Shown one piece after another: positions 18,140 through 27,201 of a stretch of DNA of 32,000 nt (positions are counted from its first letter, which is position 1; each line of letters begins with the position of its first letter). Origin of the DNA: Archaeoglobus fulgidus DSM 4304 (GTDB lineage: Archaea > Halobacteriota > Archaeoglobi > Archaeoglobales > Archaeoglobaceae); NCBI RefSeq assembly GCF_000008665.1, contig NC_000917.1, forward strand, positions 600,001-632,000. The letters are read 5' to 3'. Under the pieces are notes generated by a model. It was not told the DNA's origin, made no database searches, and saw only the letters and a list, made by a program, of their open reading frames with translations. The position numbers and the translations under genes were made by a program.

Positions 18140-19789
18140 TCAAGCCGAATAATAATCCTTAAAGATTTTCCTCAACTCCCTTTTCATTATCTTTCCAGAC
18201 GGCGTTTTTGGCAAATCTTCAGGCTTAAGCACGATTACACCTTTGGGAACCTTGTAGGGGGAGAGTTCCTTACGGCAGAACTCAATAATCTCCTCAGGAT
18301 TGATTGTTTTCCCCGGCTTGGGCACAACGATTGCCGTTACAGCCTCAATCCATTTTTCATGCGGCAAACCGATGACGGCAACCTCCCAGACGTCAGGGTG
18401 CTTGTATATAACCTCCTCCACCTCCCTGCTGGATACGTTCTCACCACCAGTCTTTATCATGTCCTTCTTTCTGTCAACGATTTCGAAGTAGCTTTCCCTG
18501 TACTTCACCGCAATGTCACCGCTGTGGAACCATCCGCATTTGAAAGCCTCTTCAGTCTTCTCCGGGTCTTTGTAGTACATCAGCATAACGTGAGGTCCGC
18601 GGGCGGTAATCTCTCCCGGAACCCCTATTTCAGCTATCTCCTCATGCTCGTCGTTTTCAAGCCTTGACTCAAGATTCAGCCCGCTTCTGCCAGCAGTCTT
18701 TGTGTACTCCAGTATCTCTTCATGGTTCGCAACTGTGTGGTATGGAGCGAGCTCCGTCTGTCCGTAGTACTGGAAAAATCTCGCCTGTGGAAGCTTCTCC
18801 ATGAGCTCTTTCAGGGGCTCCTCCGGAAAGATTGAGGCCCCGTAGTAGCACTTTCTCAGTGATTGAAGGTCATATTTGTCGATATCAGGATGTCTCAGCA
18901 ATCCTATCCAGACAGTGGGGGCAAGGAAGAGCATCGTGGGCTTGTATCTGTCAATGTATTCCAGCATTAAATCCAGATTGGGCTCCGTCATCATTACATT
19001 CGTTCCGCCAACGTAGAATATTGGCATCATGAAGACATCTCGCTGGGCGCAGTGGTAGATGGGCATCGTGTTAAGCATGATGTCATTAGCTGTGTACTCC
19101 CCATCCACTATGCATCCAACATATTGGGCTATAAGCGACTCATTGGTGTGAACAACACACTTCGGCAGACTCTCAGTTCCGCTTGTGTAGGTCATCTGCA
19201 CCGGGTCTTCGATGTTCAGTATCGTATCTGGCTCCGTATCACTCTCTCCATCAAAGAAATCATCGAAACTTTCCCATCTCCCTTCACCTTCAACCCCAAC
19301 ACCCTGATTCGACCACAGGAACGTATCGACCGTCTTGAGCTGGTCCATCGCCGGCTCGATTCTTTCAAACAGAGCATCCTCAACAATCAGAACCTTTGCC
19401 TCCGAGTGGTTGATGCAGTAGGCCAGATCTTTTCCGTACATCAGGTAGTTCAGGCCGAGATATATCGCTCCAGCCTTAGCACAGCCGAAGATTGTCAAAA
19501 CGTGGTGCAGGGTGTTGTGAGCGAGAATGGCAACTCTGTCATACTTCTTTATCCCCAAATTCAGGAGAGCATTTGCCACCTTATTTGCCATTTTGTCCAG
19601 CTCGCTGTAAGTTAGTCTGATCTCCCTGCCATCGGGATGGTTGAAGATAAGCGCAGTTTTTTCCGGATATCTTCTCCCGCTCCGCCTCAAAAAGTCCGCA
19701 ATTACCCACCTTCTGATTTTGTTGTATCTCTTTCTCAGCTCTCTGACGTTTTCGTCATTAATTTCGTAAAATACATCCTCTCCTCTCAT
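18140..19789 (-). CDS. AMP-forming acyl-CoA synthetase/fatty-acid-CoA ligase
   Basis: 549 aa: VQMTYTSGTESLPKCVVHTN, YGQTELAP, GWFHSGDIAVKYRESYFEIVDRKKDMIKTGGENVSSREVEEVIYKHPDV, LPKTPSGKIMKRELRK. Confidence 0.94.
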   Translation of the reverse strand: MRGEDVFYEINDENVRELRKRYNKIRRWVIADFLRRSGRRYPEKTALIFNHPDGREIRLTYSELDKMANKVANALLNLGIKKYDRVAILAHNTLHHVLTIFGCAKAGAIYLGLNYLMYGKDLAYCINHSEAKVLIVEDALFERIEPAMDQLKTVDTFLWSNQGVGVEGEGRWESFDDFFDGESDTEPDTILNIEDPVQMTYTSGTESLPKCVVHTNESLIAQYVGCIVDGEYTANDIMLNTMPIYHCAQRDVFMMPIFYVGGTNVMMTEPNLDLMLEYIDRYKPTMLFLAPTVWIGLLRHPDIDKYDLQSLRKCYYGASIFPEEPLKELMEKLPQARFFQYYGQTELAPYHTVANHEEILEYTKTAGRSGLNLESRLENDEHEEIAEIGVPGEITARGPHVMLMYYKDPEKTEEAFKCGWFHSGDIAVKYRESYFEIVDRKKDMIKTGGENVSSREVEEVIYKHPDVWEVAVIGLPHEKWIEAVTAIVVPKPGKTINPEEIIEFCRKELSPYKVPKGVIVLKPEDLPKTPSGKIMKRELRKIFKDYYSA

Positions 19790-20017
19790 GTATTGGTGTC
19801 AATTTTTAATTTTAAAAAAATTTACTATATTGATTCGTACAATCCATGTGAGAACCAAGCTGTCATGCTGTCTTGCAAAACATCAATTTTCCTGCCCATT
19901 TCTTCCAGCCTTCCAGCAGCTCCTCCATCAGACTGTAGCTCATCATATACTATACAAATCTATAGCATTTGCGATATAGTTATATAATTTGCGGAGAAAA
20001 GGCTATGAGGTGAAAGC

Positions 20018-21124
20018 ATGCACCACTCGCACCATCTCGAAATATACGAGAAGCTGAGGGAGAAGCTGAATAAGGCACCCATAGGTTTACCAAAAACTGT
20101 AAGCGGTGTCGAAAAGGAGCTTTTGAGTGTGCTTTTCGATGAGGAGGAGGCGAAGATTGCAGTTCACATGCCCTTCATCAGGTTTACAGCAGAGCAGCTT
20201 GCCGAGAGGACGGGGAAAAGCTTGGAATATGTGGAGAAGATTCTGAATGAGATGGCGAAAAAGGGGACGGTTTGGAAGGGTGAAAAGGACGGCCAAACAT
20301 ACTACCGCCTCTTTCCAGTGATAGTGGGCTTTGCGGAGACTCCCTTCTGGCCCGGCCCCGGCAAGGATCCAAGGCAAGAGAAGCTCGCAAGGCTCTGGAG
20401 TCAGTACAGGAAAGAGGGATTTCTGGACGAGATTGGTGATAGAGAGCACCCGATAATGAGAGCTTTGCCCGAAAGGGACACCATTTCAGAGAAATCGGAG
20501 ATTCTGCCCTACGAGGATGCAGTAAAGCTTGTGAAGGAGAGAGATTACATTGCTGTGGGTTACTGCCCCTGCAGAGTTATGGCGAGGCTTGTTGGGGAGG
20601 GTTGCAGGCACAGCATTGAGAACTGCATCCACATGGGCTCCGTTGGCAAATACATGGTCGAGCACGGGCTTGGAAGGAGAATTTCTGCTGATGAAGCAAT
20701 AGAGATTCTGAGGCAGTCCAACAGGGAGGGGCTAGTACATCTCACAGAAAGGTCAAAGCACGTGGCAACAATCTGCAACTGCTGCAGCGACTGCTGTGTT
20801 TTCTTCAAAGCCGTTCACGAGGCAAAGCATCCGAACACCATCGCCCACTCCAGCTACCTTGCCACTGTTGACACCTCAAGATGCATTGCATGCGGCATCT
20901 GCATGCTCCGCTGCCCGATGAAGGCAATAAAGGCAAAGATTAACAGAGAGCCAGCCAGCGTCGATGCTGAAAAGTGTTTGGGTTGTGGAGTTTGCGTGCC
21001 AACATGCCCGATGGAGGCAATTGAGCTGGTTGAGAGGGATGAGCTGCTTGAGCTGCCAGATGGAATGACCTACGTTCAGGAGCTGCTGGCTGACAAGGGA
21101 AGAGACCCTTCAGGGCTTTTCTGA
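20018..21124 (+). CDS. Multi-[4Fe-4S] ferredoxin-domain protein with N-terminal winged-helix-like region and CPCR/CNCCxxCC cysteine motifs
   Basis: 368 aa. Two ferredoxin motifs (CIACGICMLRCP, CLGCGVCVPTCP) preceded by GYCPCRVMARLVGEGCRHSIENCIHMG and ICNCCSDCCVF. N-terminal AEQLAERTGKSLEYVEKILNEMAKKGTVWKG is wHTH-like. Confidence 0.88.
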   Translation: MHHSHHLEIYEKLREKLNKAPIGLPKTVSGVEKELLSVLFDEEEAKIAVHMPFIRFTAEQLAERTGKSLEYVEKILNEMAKKGTVWKGEKDGQTYYRLFPVIVGFAETPFWPGPGKDPRQEKLARLWSQYRKEGFLDEIGDREHPIMRALPERDTISEKSEILPYEDAVKLVKERDYIAVGYCPCRVMARLVGEGCRHSIENCIHMGSVGKYMVEHGLGRRISADEAIEILRQSNREGLVHLTERSKHVATICNCCSDCCVFFKAVHEAKHPNTIAHSSYLATVDTSRCIACGICMLRCPMKAIKAKINREPASVDAEKCLGCGVCVPTCPMEAIELVERDELLELPDGMTYVQELLADKGRDPSGLF

Positions 21125-21196
21125 TTTTTCCCCATTAACATTGACCGAAATGTGAGAAATTTTTAAATGGTTTGATATTTAATTTCTCAGAAAGAG

Positions 21197-21769
21197 GTGG
21201 TTTGGTTGGCGGAACTTCCCGACGAAATATTGGAAAACCTTTACCCGGGCGAAGACGTGCTTTACAGCGTTAAGAAGAAGCTCTACACCGAGCTGAAGCC
21301 GAAATACCTGATTGTAACGGACAGGCGTATCATCTACCTTGACCAAAAAATTCTTGGCAGATACGACCTGATTGATATTCCATACGAAAAACTCGAATTT
21401 GTGCATTTCAAAAAGGGAAAAATCGGAGCAAAGTTCATCATTCGAAATGAGGAGGGAGAGGAAATAGTTTTGACGTGGATGGAGAAAGATGAGGCTGAAA
21501 AGGCTATTGAAGCGATTAGGGATGCTATCAACGCGATTGCCGTGGAGCCGGTCTCCATTCAGAAACGGAAGGGGATTCTCGGATTCGAGCTTGAGCTGAG
21601 CAAGCCGAAGGAGTTTATTACACGCACCTATCCGCAAGCTGTCGCCAAAGCGGCTCCGAAGGAGGATCCAATAGAGAGAATCAGAAAACTGAAGGAGCTT
21701 TATGAAAGTGGAGTAATATCAAGAGAGGAATTCGAAGAGAAGAAAAGAAAGCTGCTTGACCAGATTTAG
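21197..21769 (+). CDS. Bacterial-PH-domain-like protein with C-terminal SHOCT motif
   Basis: 190 aa: LYTELKPKYLIVTDRRIIYLDQKILGRYDLIDIPYEKL... and IERIRKLKELYESGVISREEFEEKKRKLLDQI (SHOCT). Confidence 0.8.
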   Translation: MVWLAELPDEILENLYPGEDVLYSVKKKLYTELKPKYLIVTDRRIIYLDQKILGRYDLIDIPYEKLEFVHFKKGKIGAKFIIRNEEGEEIVLTWMEKDEAEKAIEAIRDAINAIAVEPVSIQKRKGILGFELELSKPKEFITRTYPQAVAKAAPKEDPIERIRKLKELYESGVISREEFEEKKRKLLDQI

Positions 21770-21784
21770 CTTGATTGCTGAACT

Positions 21785-22549
21785 CTACCAACCCGCAAAC
21801 AACCCAACGATGTCTTTCAGCACATCATCCCTCAATCCTAAAGCAAGCATTATCAGGCTCTTTCTTCCTTCGGCCATTTTCATGAAGTTCTTCACCAGCT
21901 TTTCCCACTCCTCTCTCCCGAATGGCATTTCCGCATACTCTCTGCTGTCCAAATCAAGCCCGAGATACCAGATGACAAGATTTGGGTCGTATTCCTTAAC
22001 TCTCTCTACCAACTCCTCGAAGGACTTCACGTAATCCTTCCCCATCCTCCTTCCGAGAACACATCTAAGGTCTTCGGAAATCTCACACTCCCTTCTGCCG
22101 ATGCAGAAGAATGTTGCTCTTTCCTCCGAAACAATTGAGGCCTTTCCGTGGTGGGCGTCAGTTTCAATAACAGCAATTCGTCCGTAGCTTTCAGCCGCCT
22201 TAACAGCTATTGCCAGACCATTCAGAAGGCAGTAGCCCCTCATTCTGCTCTGCTCTGCCAGATGTCCCGCGGTGGTAACAGGAACTATCACAGCGTCGTA
22301 ATCCTTCAACGCCTTAAGGCCAGTAAGTATGCACTTCACATTCTCAACAGCATTTTCAAAGAAGGGGTGACTTCTAATTCTGCTAAAATACTCTTCAGAG
22401 TGAATCTGCATGATTAGCTCTTCCACTTCCTGCTCCTCACCCTCAATAAGCCTTATTTCGACCTCCTTCAAAACTCTGAGCTTTCTTGAGGGAGGAATCT
22501 GGGGAGAAAGCAATCTGTCAGAGTAAACCATTGCAATGTCCATAAACAA
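21785..22549 (-). CDS. Divergent histone-deacetylase-superfamily (arginase/HDAC fold) protein
   Basis: 254 aa: IHSEEYF, TAGHLAEQSRMRGYCLLNGLAIAV, IAVIETDAHHGKAS, NLVIWYLGLDLDS align with HDAC blocks but lack part of the catalytic set. Confidence 0.7.
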   Translation of the reverse strand: MFMDIAMVYSDRLLSPQIPPSRKLRVLKEVEIRLIEGEEQEVEELIMQIHSEEYFSRIRSHPFFENAVENVKCILTGLKALKDYDAVIVPVTTAGHLAEQSRMRGYCLLNGLAIAVKAAESYGRIAVIETDAHHGKASIVSEERATFFCIGRRECEISEDLRCVLGRRMGKDYVKSFEELVERVKEYDPNLVIWYLGLDLDSREYAEMPFGREEWEKLVKNFMKMAEGRKSLIMLALGLRDDVLKDIVGLFAGW

Positions 22550-22591
22550 TTTTGGGAAAAGGGATTTATAACTTTTAGTTTGTCTTTAAGC

Positions 22592-24349
22592 ATGCCGATT
22601 ATCACTTTCCTTCCTTCAGGCAAGCGTGCTGAGGTTGATGAAGGTAAAACCATTCTCTCTGCTGCTCAGGAAATTGGTGAAGGAATTAGAAGCTTATGCG
22701 GCGGAAAAGGGAGTTGTGGTAAGTGTTTAGTGGTGGTAAGGAAGGGAGATGTGGAGATTTTAAGTGAGGAGGCTCACGAGAAGTTTGTCAGGGAAAAGGG
22801 ATACTACCTCGCTTGCCAGACTGCAGTCAAAGGTGATGTTGAGGTCTTCATTCCTCCTGAATCGAGGCTGGAAAGGCAGCAAATCCTCAAGGACTTCTTC
22901 ATCTCCTCCAAAGAGTTCAACCCGGTTGTGAAGGTGGAGTTCTGCAGCGACGCTTTCCTTCCTGAAGTTTTGTCGCAGAAGGGGTTGAGGCTTGCTTGCA
23001 GCACAGACGTGGAGGAGGGCGATTTCGGGCTTGTTGTGAGGGGTAAGGAGGTTATCGATGTCCTTCCCGACGAGAAAGCCTTTGGGCTGGCTGTTGATGT
23101 GGGCACAACGACTATTGTAGCAGCTCTTGTGGATTTGAAGGATGGGAAGGTGGTGAATGTAGCATCAGACTACAACGGGCAGATTATTTACGGTGAGGAG
23201 GTGCTCAGCAGGGTTGAGTTCGCAAGAAGCAGGAAGGATGGTGTTGAGGTTCTGCAGAGGGCTGTGGTGGAGTCGATAAACAAGCTCATTGACAAACTTC
23301 TGGAGGGCTACGCAACGCCTGACAGAATCTATGATGTTGTTGCCGCAGGAAATACAATAATGACCCACTTTCTGGTGGGGAAGGACGTGGAGTACCTTTT
23401 CTCCTCTCCCGATGTAAAAGTAGAAAGGGAGGGTTTTGTAGTAAATGCCTCAGAAATTGGATTGAAGGTGAACAGCAACGCCGAGCTCTTCTGCCTGCCT
23501 CCAGTGGGCAGATTTGTTGGCGGTGACATTGTTGGCGACATTCTCGCCTCAAGAATTGTCGATTCTGCCACCATTTCGCTGATGGTTGACCTCGGAACCA
23601 ATGGGGAGATTGTTGTGGGGAGTGAGGGCTGGGCAATGGCGACGAGCGTGGCGAGCGGGCCGGCCTTTGAGGGCTACGAAATCAAGCACGGAAGCAGGGC
23701 GGTTGAAGGGGCGATAGACCACGTTGAAATTGAGGGCGAGGAGGTGAGGTACACTGTAATTGGCAATGGAAAGCCGAGGAGCATTTGTGGTAGTGGGCTA
23801 ATTGACCTGATGGCGGAGATGTTCAAGAACGGCATTCTCGACGCTACCGGGGCGATGAACAAAAAGCATCCGAGAGTTAGGAGGGGAGAGGATGGCTACG
23901 AATTTGTTGTGGTTGAGGCTGAAAAGTCCGCTACAGCCAAAGACATCGTTTTCACCGAAAAGGATGTCGAAACTTTGCTTAAATCCAAAGCTGCGGTGTG
24001 TGCGGGGATAGCGGTGCTGATAAAGAAAGCTGGTCTGGGACTTGAGGATATAGACGAGTTTTACATTGCGGGAGCCTTTGGATACTACATAAACTTTGAT
24101 AATGCCGTTACAATTGGCTTATTCCCCGAACTGAAAGCGGAGGTAAAGCAGATAGGCAACGGCTCACTTGCTGGAGCATACCTCGCCCTCGTGTCGGAGA
24201 GAAAAAGGAAGCTTGCAGAGACAATTGCAAACGCCTTCGCCTACTTTGACCTCTCAACGGATGCGGACTTTGTTGAGGAATACAGGGCTGCTCTCTCACT
24301 TCCGGGAAGGCCTGAACTCTTTCCCGAAACCTACGCAAAGTATGTATGA
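22592..24349 (+). CDS. [2Fe-2S] ferredoxin + ASKHA/DUF4445 protein, RACo-like (corrinoid protein reductive activator)
   Basis: ATG at 22592: MPIITFLPSGKRAEVDEGKTILSAAQEIGEGIRSLCGGKGSCGKCLVVV (2Fe-2S); FGLAVDVGTTTIVAALVDLKDGKVV, VVAAGNTIMTHFLVG, LMVDLGTNGEIV, FYIAGAFGYYINFDNAVTIGLFPE. Confidence 0.88.
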   Translation: MPIITFLPSGKRAEVDEGKTILSAAQEIGEGIRSLCGGKGSCGKCLVVVRKGDVEILSEEAHEKFVREKGYYLACQTAVKGDVEVFIPPESRLERQQILKDFFISSKEFNPVVKVEFCSDAFLPEVLSQKGLRLACSTDVEEGDFGLVVRGKEVIDVLPDEKAFGLAVDVGTTTIVAALVDLKDGKVVNVASDYNGQIIYGEEVLSRVEFARSRKDGVEVLQRAVVESINKLIDKLLEGYATPDRIYDVVAAGNTIMTHFLVGKDVEYLFSSPDVKVEREGFVVNASEIGLKVNSNAELFCLPPVGRFVGGDIVGDILASRIVDSATISLMVDLGTNGEIVVGSEGWAMATSVASGPAFEGYEIKHGSRAVEGAIDHVEIEGEEVRYTVIGNGKPRSICGSGLIDLMAEMFKNGILDATGAMNKKHPRVRRGEDGYEFVVVEAEKSATAKDIVFTEKDVETLLKSKAAVCAGIAVLIKKAGLGLEDIDEFYIAGAFGYYINFDNAVTIGLFPELKAEVKQIGNGSLAGAYLALVSERKRKLAETIANAFAYFDLSTDADFVEEYRAALSLPGRPELFPETYAKYV

Positions 24350-25287
24350 AAGCGCTATACTGGCTGCTTATCGGCTTCCTATCCTCAACTCTTGCAGAAG
24401 TGCTCTCATCATCCCATCCTGCAGGTGTGTTTGATGCATGGGGAATTGGGGTGATTTTTCCTCTCTACTCCCTCCACGCTCTCGTTCTGGGTGGCTGGCT
24501 TTTCCGGCTGGGTGTGAACTGGCAGAGGCTCTTTCTTTTCGGCTGCGTTTTCGGGATGTATGAGGCCTACATCACAAAGGTTCTCTGGAACCCCTACTGG
24601 GGGCCAGACGCCTTCCAGTTTCTGGGAATCTACTGGTTTCAGTTTGCTGTTCTCGTATTCTTCTGGCATCCAATTTTTGCCTTCATTTTACCTCTGCTGA
24701 TTGCAGAGTACATCTACACAAGCTCAAACACTCTGCTGAACGCAGCAAAGCAGTTTCCACTGATGCAAAAAGCTGGAAAGAAGTTTGCCCTGCTTTTAGC
24801 AGCATTGGCCGGACTCAACCAGTCAGTCAACACTCCTCCGTCTATGTTTTGGGTTGCTCTGCTGAGCTTCTTCACCATTCTAACCCCATCCTTCCTGCTG
24901 GAAAAGAGGAAGATTGAGGATATAATGCCCAGCGGTAGGGTTTTGAAGTTGCTAACCTTCGCCCTGATAATCCTCTACCTTTTCTGGACCTTTGCCCTGA
25001 GATTCGACAAAATGGGAAGCTTTTCGGGCCAGCTGGTCGTCTGGCTTTTCTACCTGCTTCTCTTCTATCTCATAATAAACATCAAAAGCTGTAAACCTGA
25101 GAGCAAGACAAGCGAGAAAAAAGGTGAGAGAAGATTTTTTGCTGCCTGCTTCCTCGTCTATCTGACTGCCTTCCTTATCACCTCCTCATTCAAGGCCTTT
25201 CCTGCTGCAATGCTTTTCCTTCTTGCAGGAACTGCCTACGGCACCATTGTTTTTGCCTCGATTCTAATCAAATTCTTGATGAGATGA
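24346..25287 (+). CDS. Multi-spanning membrane protein of unknown function
   Basis: 313 aa with about 8 hydrophobic segments. ATG overlaps the previous stop (ATGA at 24346-24349), indicating translational coupling. Confidence 0.75.
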   Translation: MKALYWLLIGFLSSTLAEVLSSSHPAGVFDAWGIGVIFPLYSLHALVLGGWLFRLGVNWQRLFLFGCVFGMYEAYITKVLWNPYWGPDAFQFLGIYWFQFAVLVFFWHPIFAFILPLLIAEYIYTSSNTLLNAAKQFPLMQKAGKKFALLLAALAGLNQSVNTPPSMFWVALLSFFTILTPSFLLEKRKIEDIMPSGRVLKLLTFALIILYLFWTFALRFDKMGSFSGQLVVWLFYLLLFYLIINIKSCKPESKTSEKKGERRFFAACFLVYLTAFLITSSFKAFPAAMLFLLAGTAYGTIVFASILIKFLMR

Positions 25288-27201
25288 CTTTAAAAACCAG
25301 CTCAGCTCCTCCCACGCTTTATCGAGCAGTTTTCTGTAGTATCTGACGTCAAAATACGAGTGGTTCCTCACACTGACGACCTTCCTCTTGGAGTCAGCAA
25401 CCACGTATTCCACAACCATCCCTGGCTTGATTTCAATTCCTGCCTTTCTGTACTCTCTGATTGCCGAAGATTCCAGCAGCTTTTTTCCGTATTCCGCCTT
25501 TCCAACAACCTTTCTGATAATCATTTCCTCAGGCCTCGCCCTTCTTATGTTCTCGGCATATCTCTCGTAAATCCGTCTCAGCTCGGGGAAAAGCCTGAGA
25601 AGCTCGCCAGCGCTTCTTGCTCTTTTCATAACATCAAAGCACTCCCTCTGCATTCTTTTCACGTACTCCGGTACGTCACGCCTTCTAGCCATAACCCCCC
25701 TGAGCTTCATCTCTCCGCTGCTCAGCCTGCCGTAATAGCGGTTGTACGCTCCACTGCCGTCCTTCATCGGAAGAAAGACTATCCAGTCGAACTTCTCCAC
25801 CTCGGTCAGCAGGCCCGTTTCCTCCTCAACCCTCGCCTGGAAGCTGCCGATGTCTTCACCCCTAACCCACAAGCAGTCAACTATCCCGTGAAGAACCTTA
25901 AAGCCTAGCTCCTCCGCAATTTCCTTTGTTTTTATAAGAATTTCTCTTCCGATTCTGTTTATCTCCTCGTGAACCTCTATTCTGCCGAACTTGGCGTTTC
26001 TGTAGCCGGTGTAGCCGAAGCAAGTGACGAGCATCCACTTGAGAATTGAGTCCACTCCCGCATAGCGGGAATCCTTCCTCTTAAGGCTCTTCGTCTTTAT
26101 CCTCAGCCTGAGAAGGGGCTCGAGCACCTCCGCCAGGAATCCCCTCCCCTCCTTTCCGATGCTCTCTGGTGAGAGATTGTGCTTCACAATTATCGACGGA
26201 TACATGGACGTGAAGTCGAGCTGCCAGACGTTCTCGTAAATTCCGGGTTCGGGCTGGAAAATCATCCCGCCTCTGTCCGAGAATCTCAGCTCCTCGATGC
26301 TCTTAACCCTCTCAGCGTCGCTCTTTCTGAATGGCACCGCAATGCCCCTCATCAGCGCCTCAAAGACCTCGTAAAGCGAGATGAGCGAGCCGGGTGTGAT
26401 TCGGGATGCGTGGTTTGGGGATATGGCGGATATCCTTGAGGCGAGTAGAACTCCCCTAAGCCCACCCTCCCTGAAGTTGAAGGAGTTCGAGTCTATGAGA
26501 ACTCTTCCCTCCGGTATCAGGGCCTGCTTTCTGTATCTCGCCCTGCCGTAGCTCCAGTAAACCTTCTGAGAGAGCTTCCGAAATCTTCCGGTTCTGCTCA
26601 TCGCCTTCAAGCCGAGATGCTGCATCCAGAAATCCGCATCCTCCATCACAACGATGTCGGGATTCATGTCCTCCATCGCACCGGAAAGCTCCTCTAACAG
26701 CTCTTTCTCGCTGCCCTCAATTCTCTTCCCGTTTATGCTCATCTCCTCGACCTCGGGTTTGAAGACATCTCCCTTAACACCCACCCTTAGAACTTCAAAC
26801 GGCAGGTCGAAGTCAGCCTCAAACCTTTCCGAAACGTCTTCGAGAACGTGAGAGCACGGAAAAATCCTTTTTCTGGCCATGAATTTCTGCTCCAGCCTAA
26901 CGTCAACGTTGAAGAGCTTAGCATCCTTTGCCTGCCTCTCTATCATCTCCGCAACCTTCCTCCCGGCGTAAATTCTGTATCCTTCAATTTCACCGTAAAT
27001 TGTTTTGAAAGTGCACTCCTCAACTTTGTAGCGAGTTTCCAGAGCCTCTAAAAGCTCAACGTGGAGAGCTCTGTCGGGAAAATGCAGAAAAAAGTAATTT
27101 TCAAACCTGAAACTTCTCCTGACAACTTTTCCGTTCTCCTTCTTGATCCAGAGGTCAATCCCCCTTCCCGAAGGCGCGCAGTCCAGTATCCACATTTCCA
27201 T
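25264..27201 (-). CDS. Family B DNA polymerase, PolB2-like divergent paralog
   Basis: About 645 aa. Motif A is QLDFTSMYPSIIVKHNLSPE. Motif B region is ILKWMLVTCFGYTGYRNAKFG. Motif C is HGIVDCLWV in place of YxDTDS. The start is ambiguous among TTG 27204, ATG 27201 and ATG 27195. Confidence 0.9.
   Translation of the reverse strand: MEMWILDCAPSGRGIDLWIKKENGKVVRRSFRFENYFFLHFPDRALHVELLEALETRYKVEECTFKTIYGEIEGYRIYAGRKVAEMIERQAKDAKLFNVDVRLEQKFMARKRIFPCSHVLEDVSERFEADFDLPFEVLRVGVKGDVFKPEVEEMSINGKRIEGSEKELLEELSGAMEDMNPDIVVMEDADFWMQHLGLKAMSRTGRFRKLSQKVYWSYGRARYRKQALIPEGRVLIDSNSFNFREGGLRGVLLASRISAISPNHASRITPGSLISLYEVFEALMRGIAVPFRKSDAERVKSIEELRFSDRGGMIFQPEPGIYENVWQLDFTSMYPSIIVKHNLSPESIGKEGRGFLAEVLEPLLRLRIKTKSLKRKDSRYAGVDSILKWMLVTCFGYTGYRNAKFGRIEVHEEINRIGREILIKTKEIAEELGFKVLHGIVDCLWVRGEDIGSFQARVEEETGLLTEVEKFDWIVFLPMKDGSGAYNRYYGRLSSGEMKLRGVMARRRDVPEYVKRMQRECFDVMKRARSAGELLRLFPELRRIYERYAENIRRARPEEMIIRKVVGKAEYGKKLLESSAIREYRKAGIEIKPGMVVEYVVADSKRKVVSVRNHSYFDVRYYRKLLDKAWEELSWFLKSSHQEFD

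Noticed and set aside
18080-18667. 195-aa plus-strand ORF (also 9967-10410, 13397-13642, 14465-14839 and similar)
   Set aside because: These are antisense to strongly supported genes (acyl-CoA ligases, sdhA) with composition expected from the opposite strand of GC-rich-codon genes.
19863-19946. 27-codon minus-strand ORF MMSYSLMEELLEGWKKWAGKLMFCKTA in the spacer between the acyl-CoA ligase and ferredoxin-like genes; also considered as a C/D-box sRNA (ATGATGA...CTGA)
   Set aside because: Too short to support without conservation or expression data, and the box C' and D elements do not fit a standard C/D sRNA.
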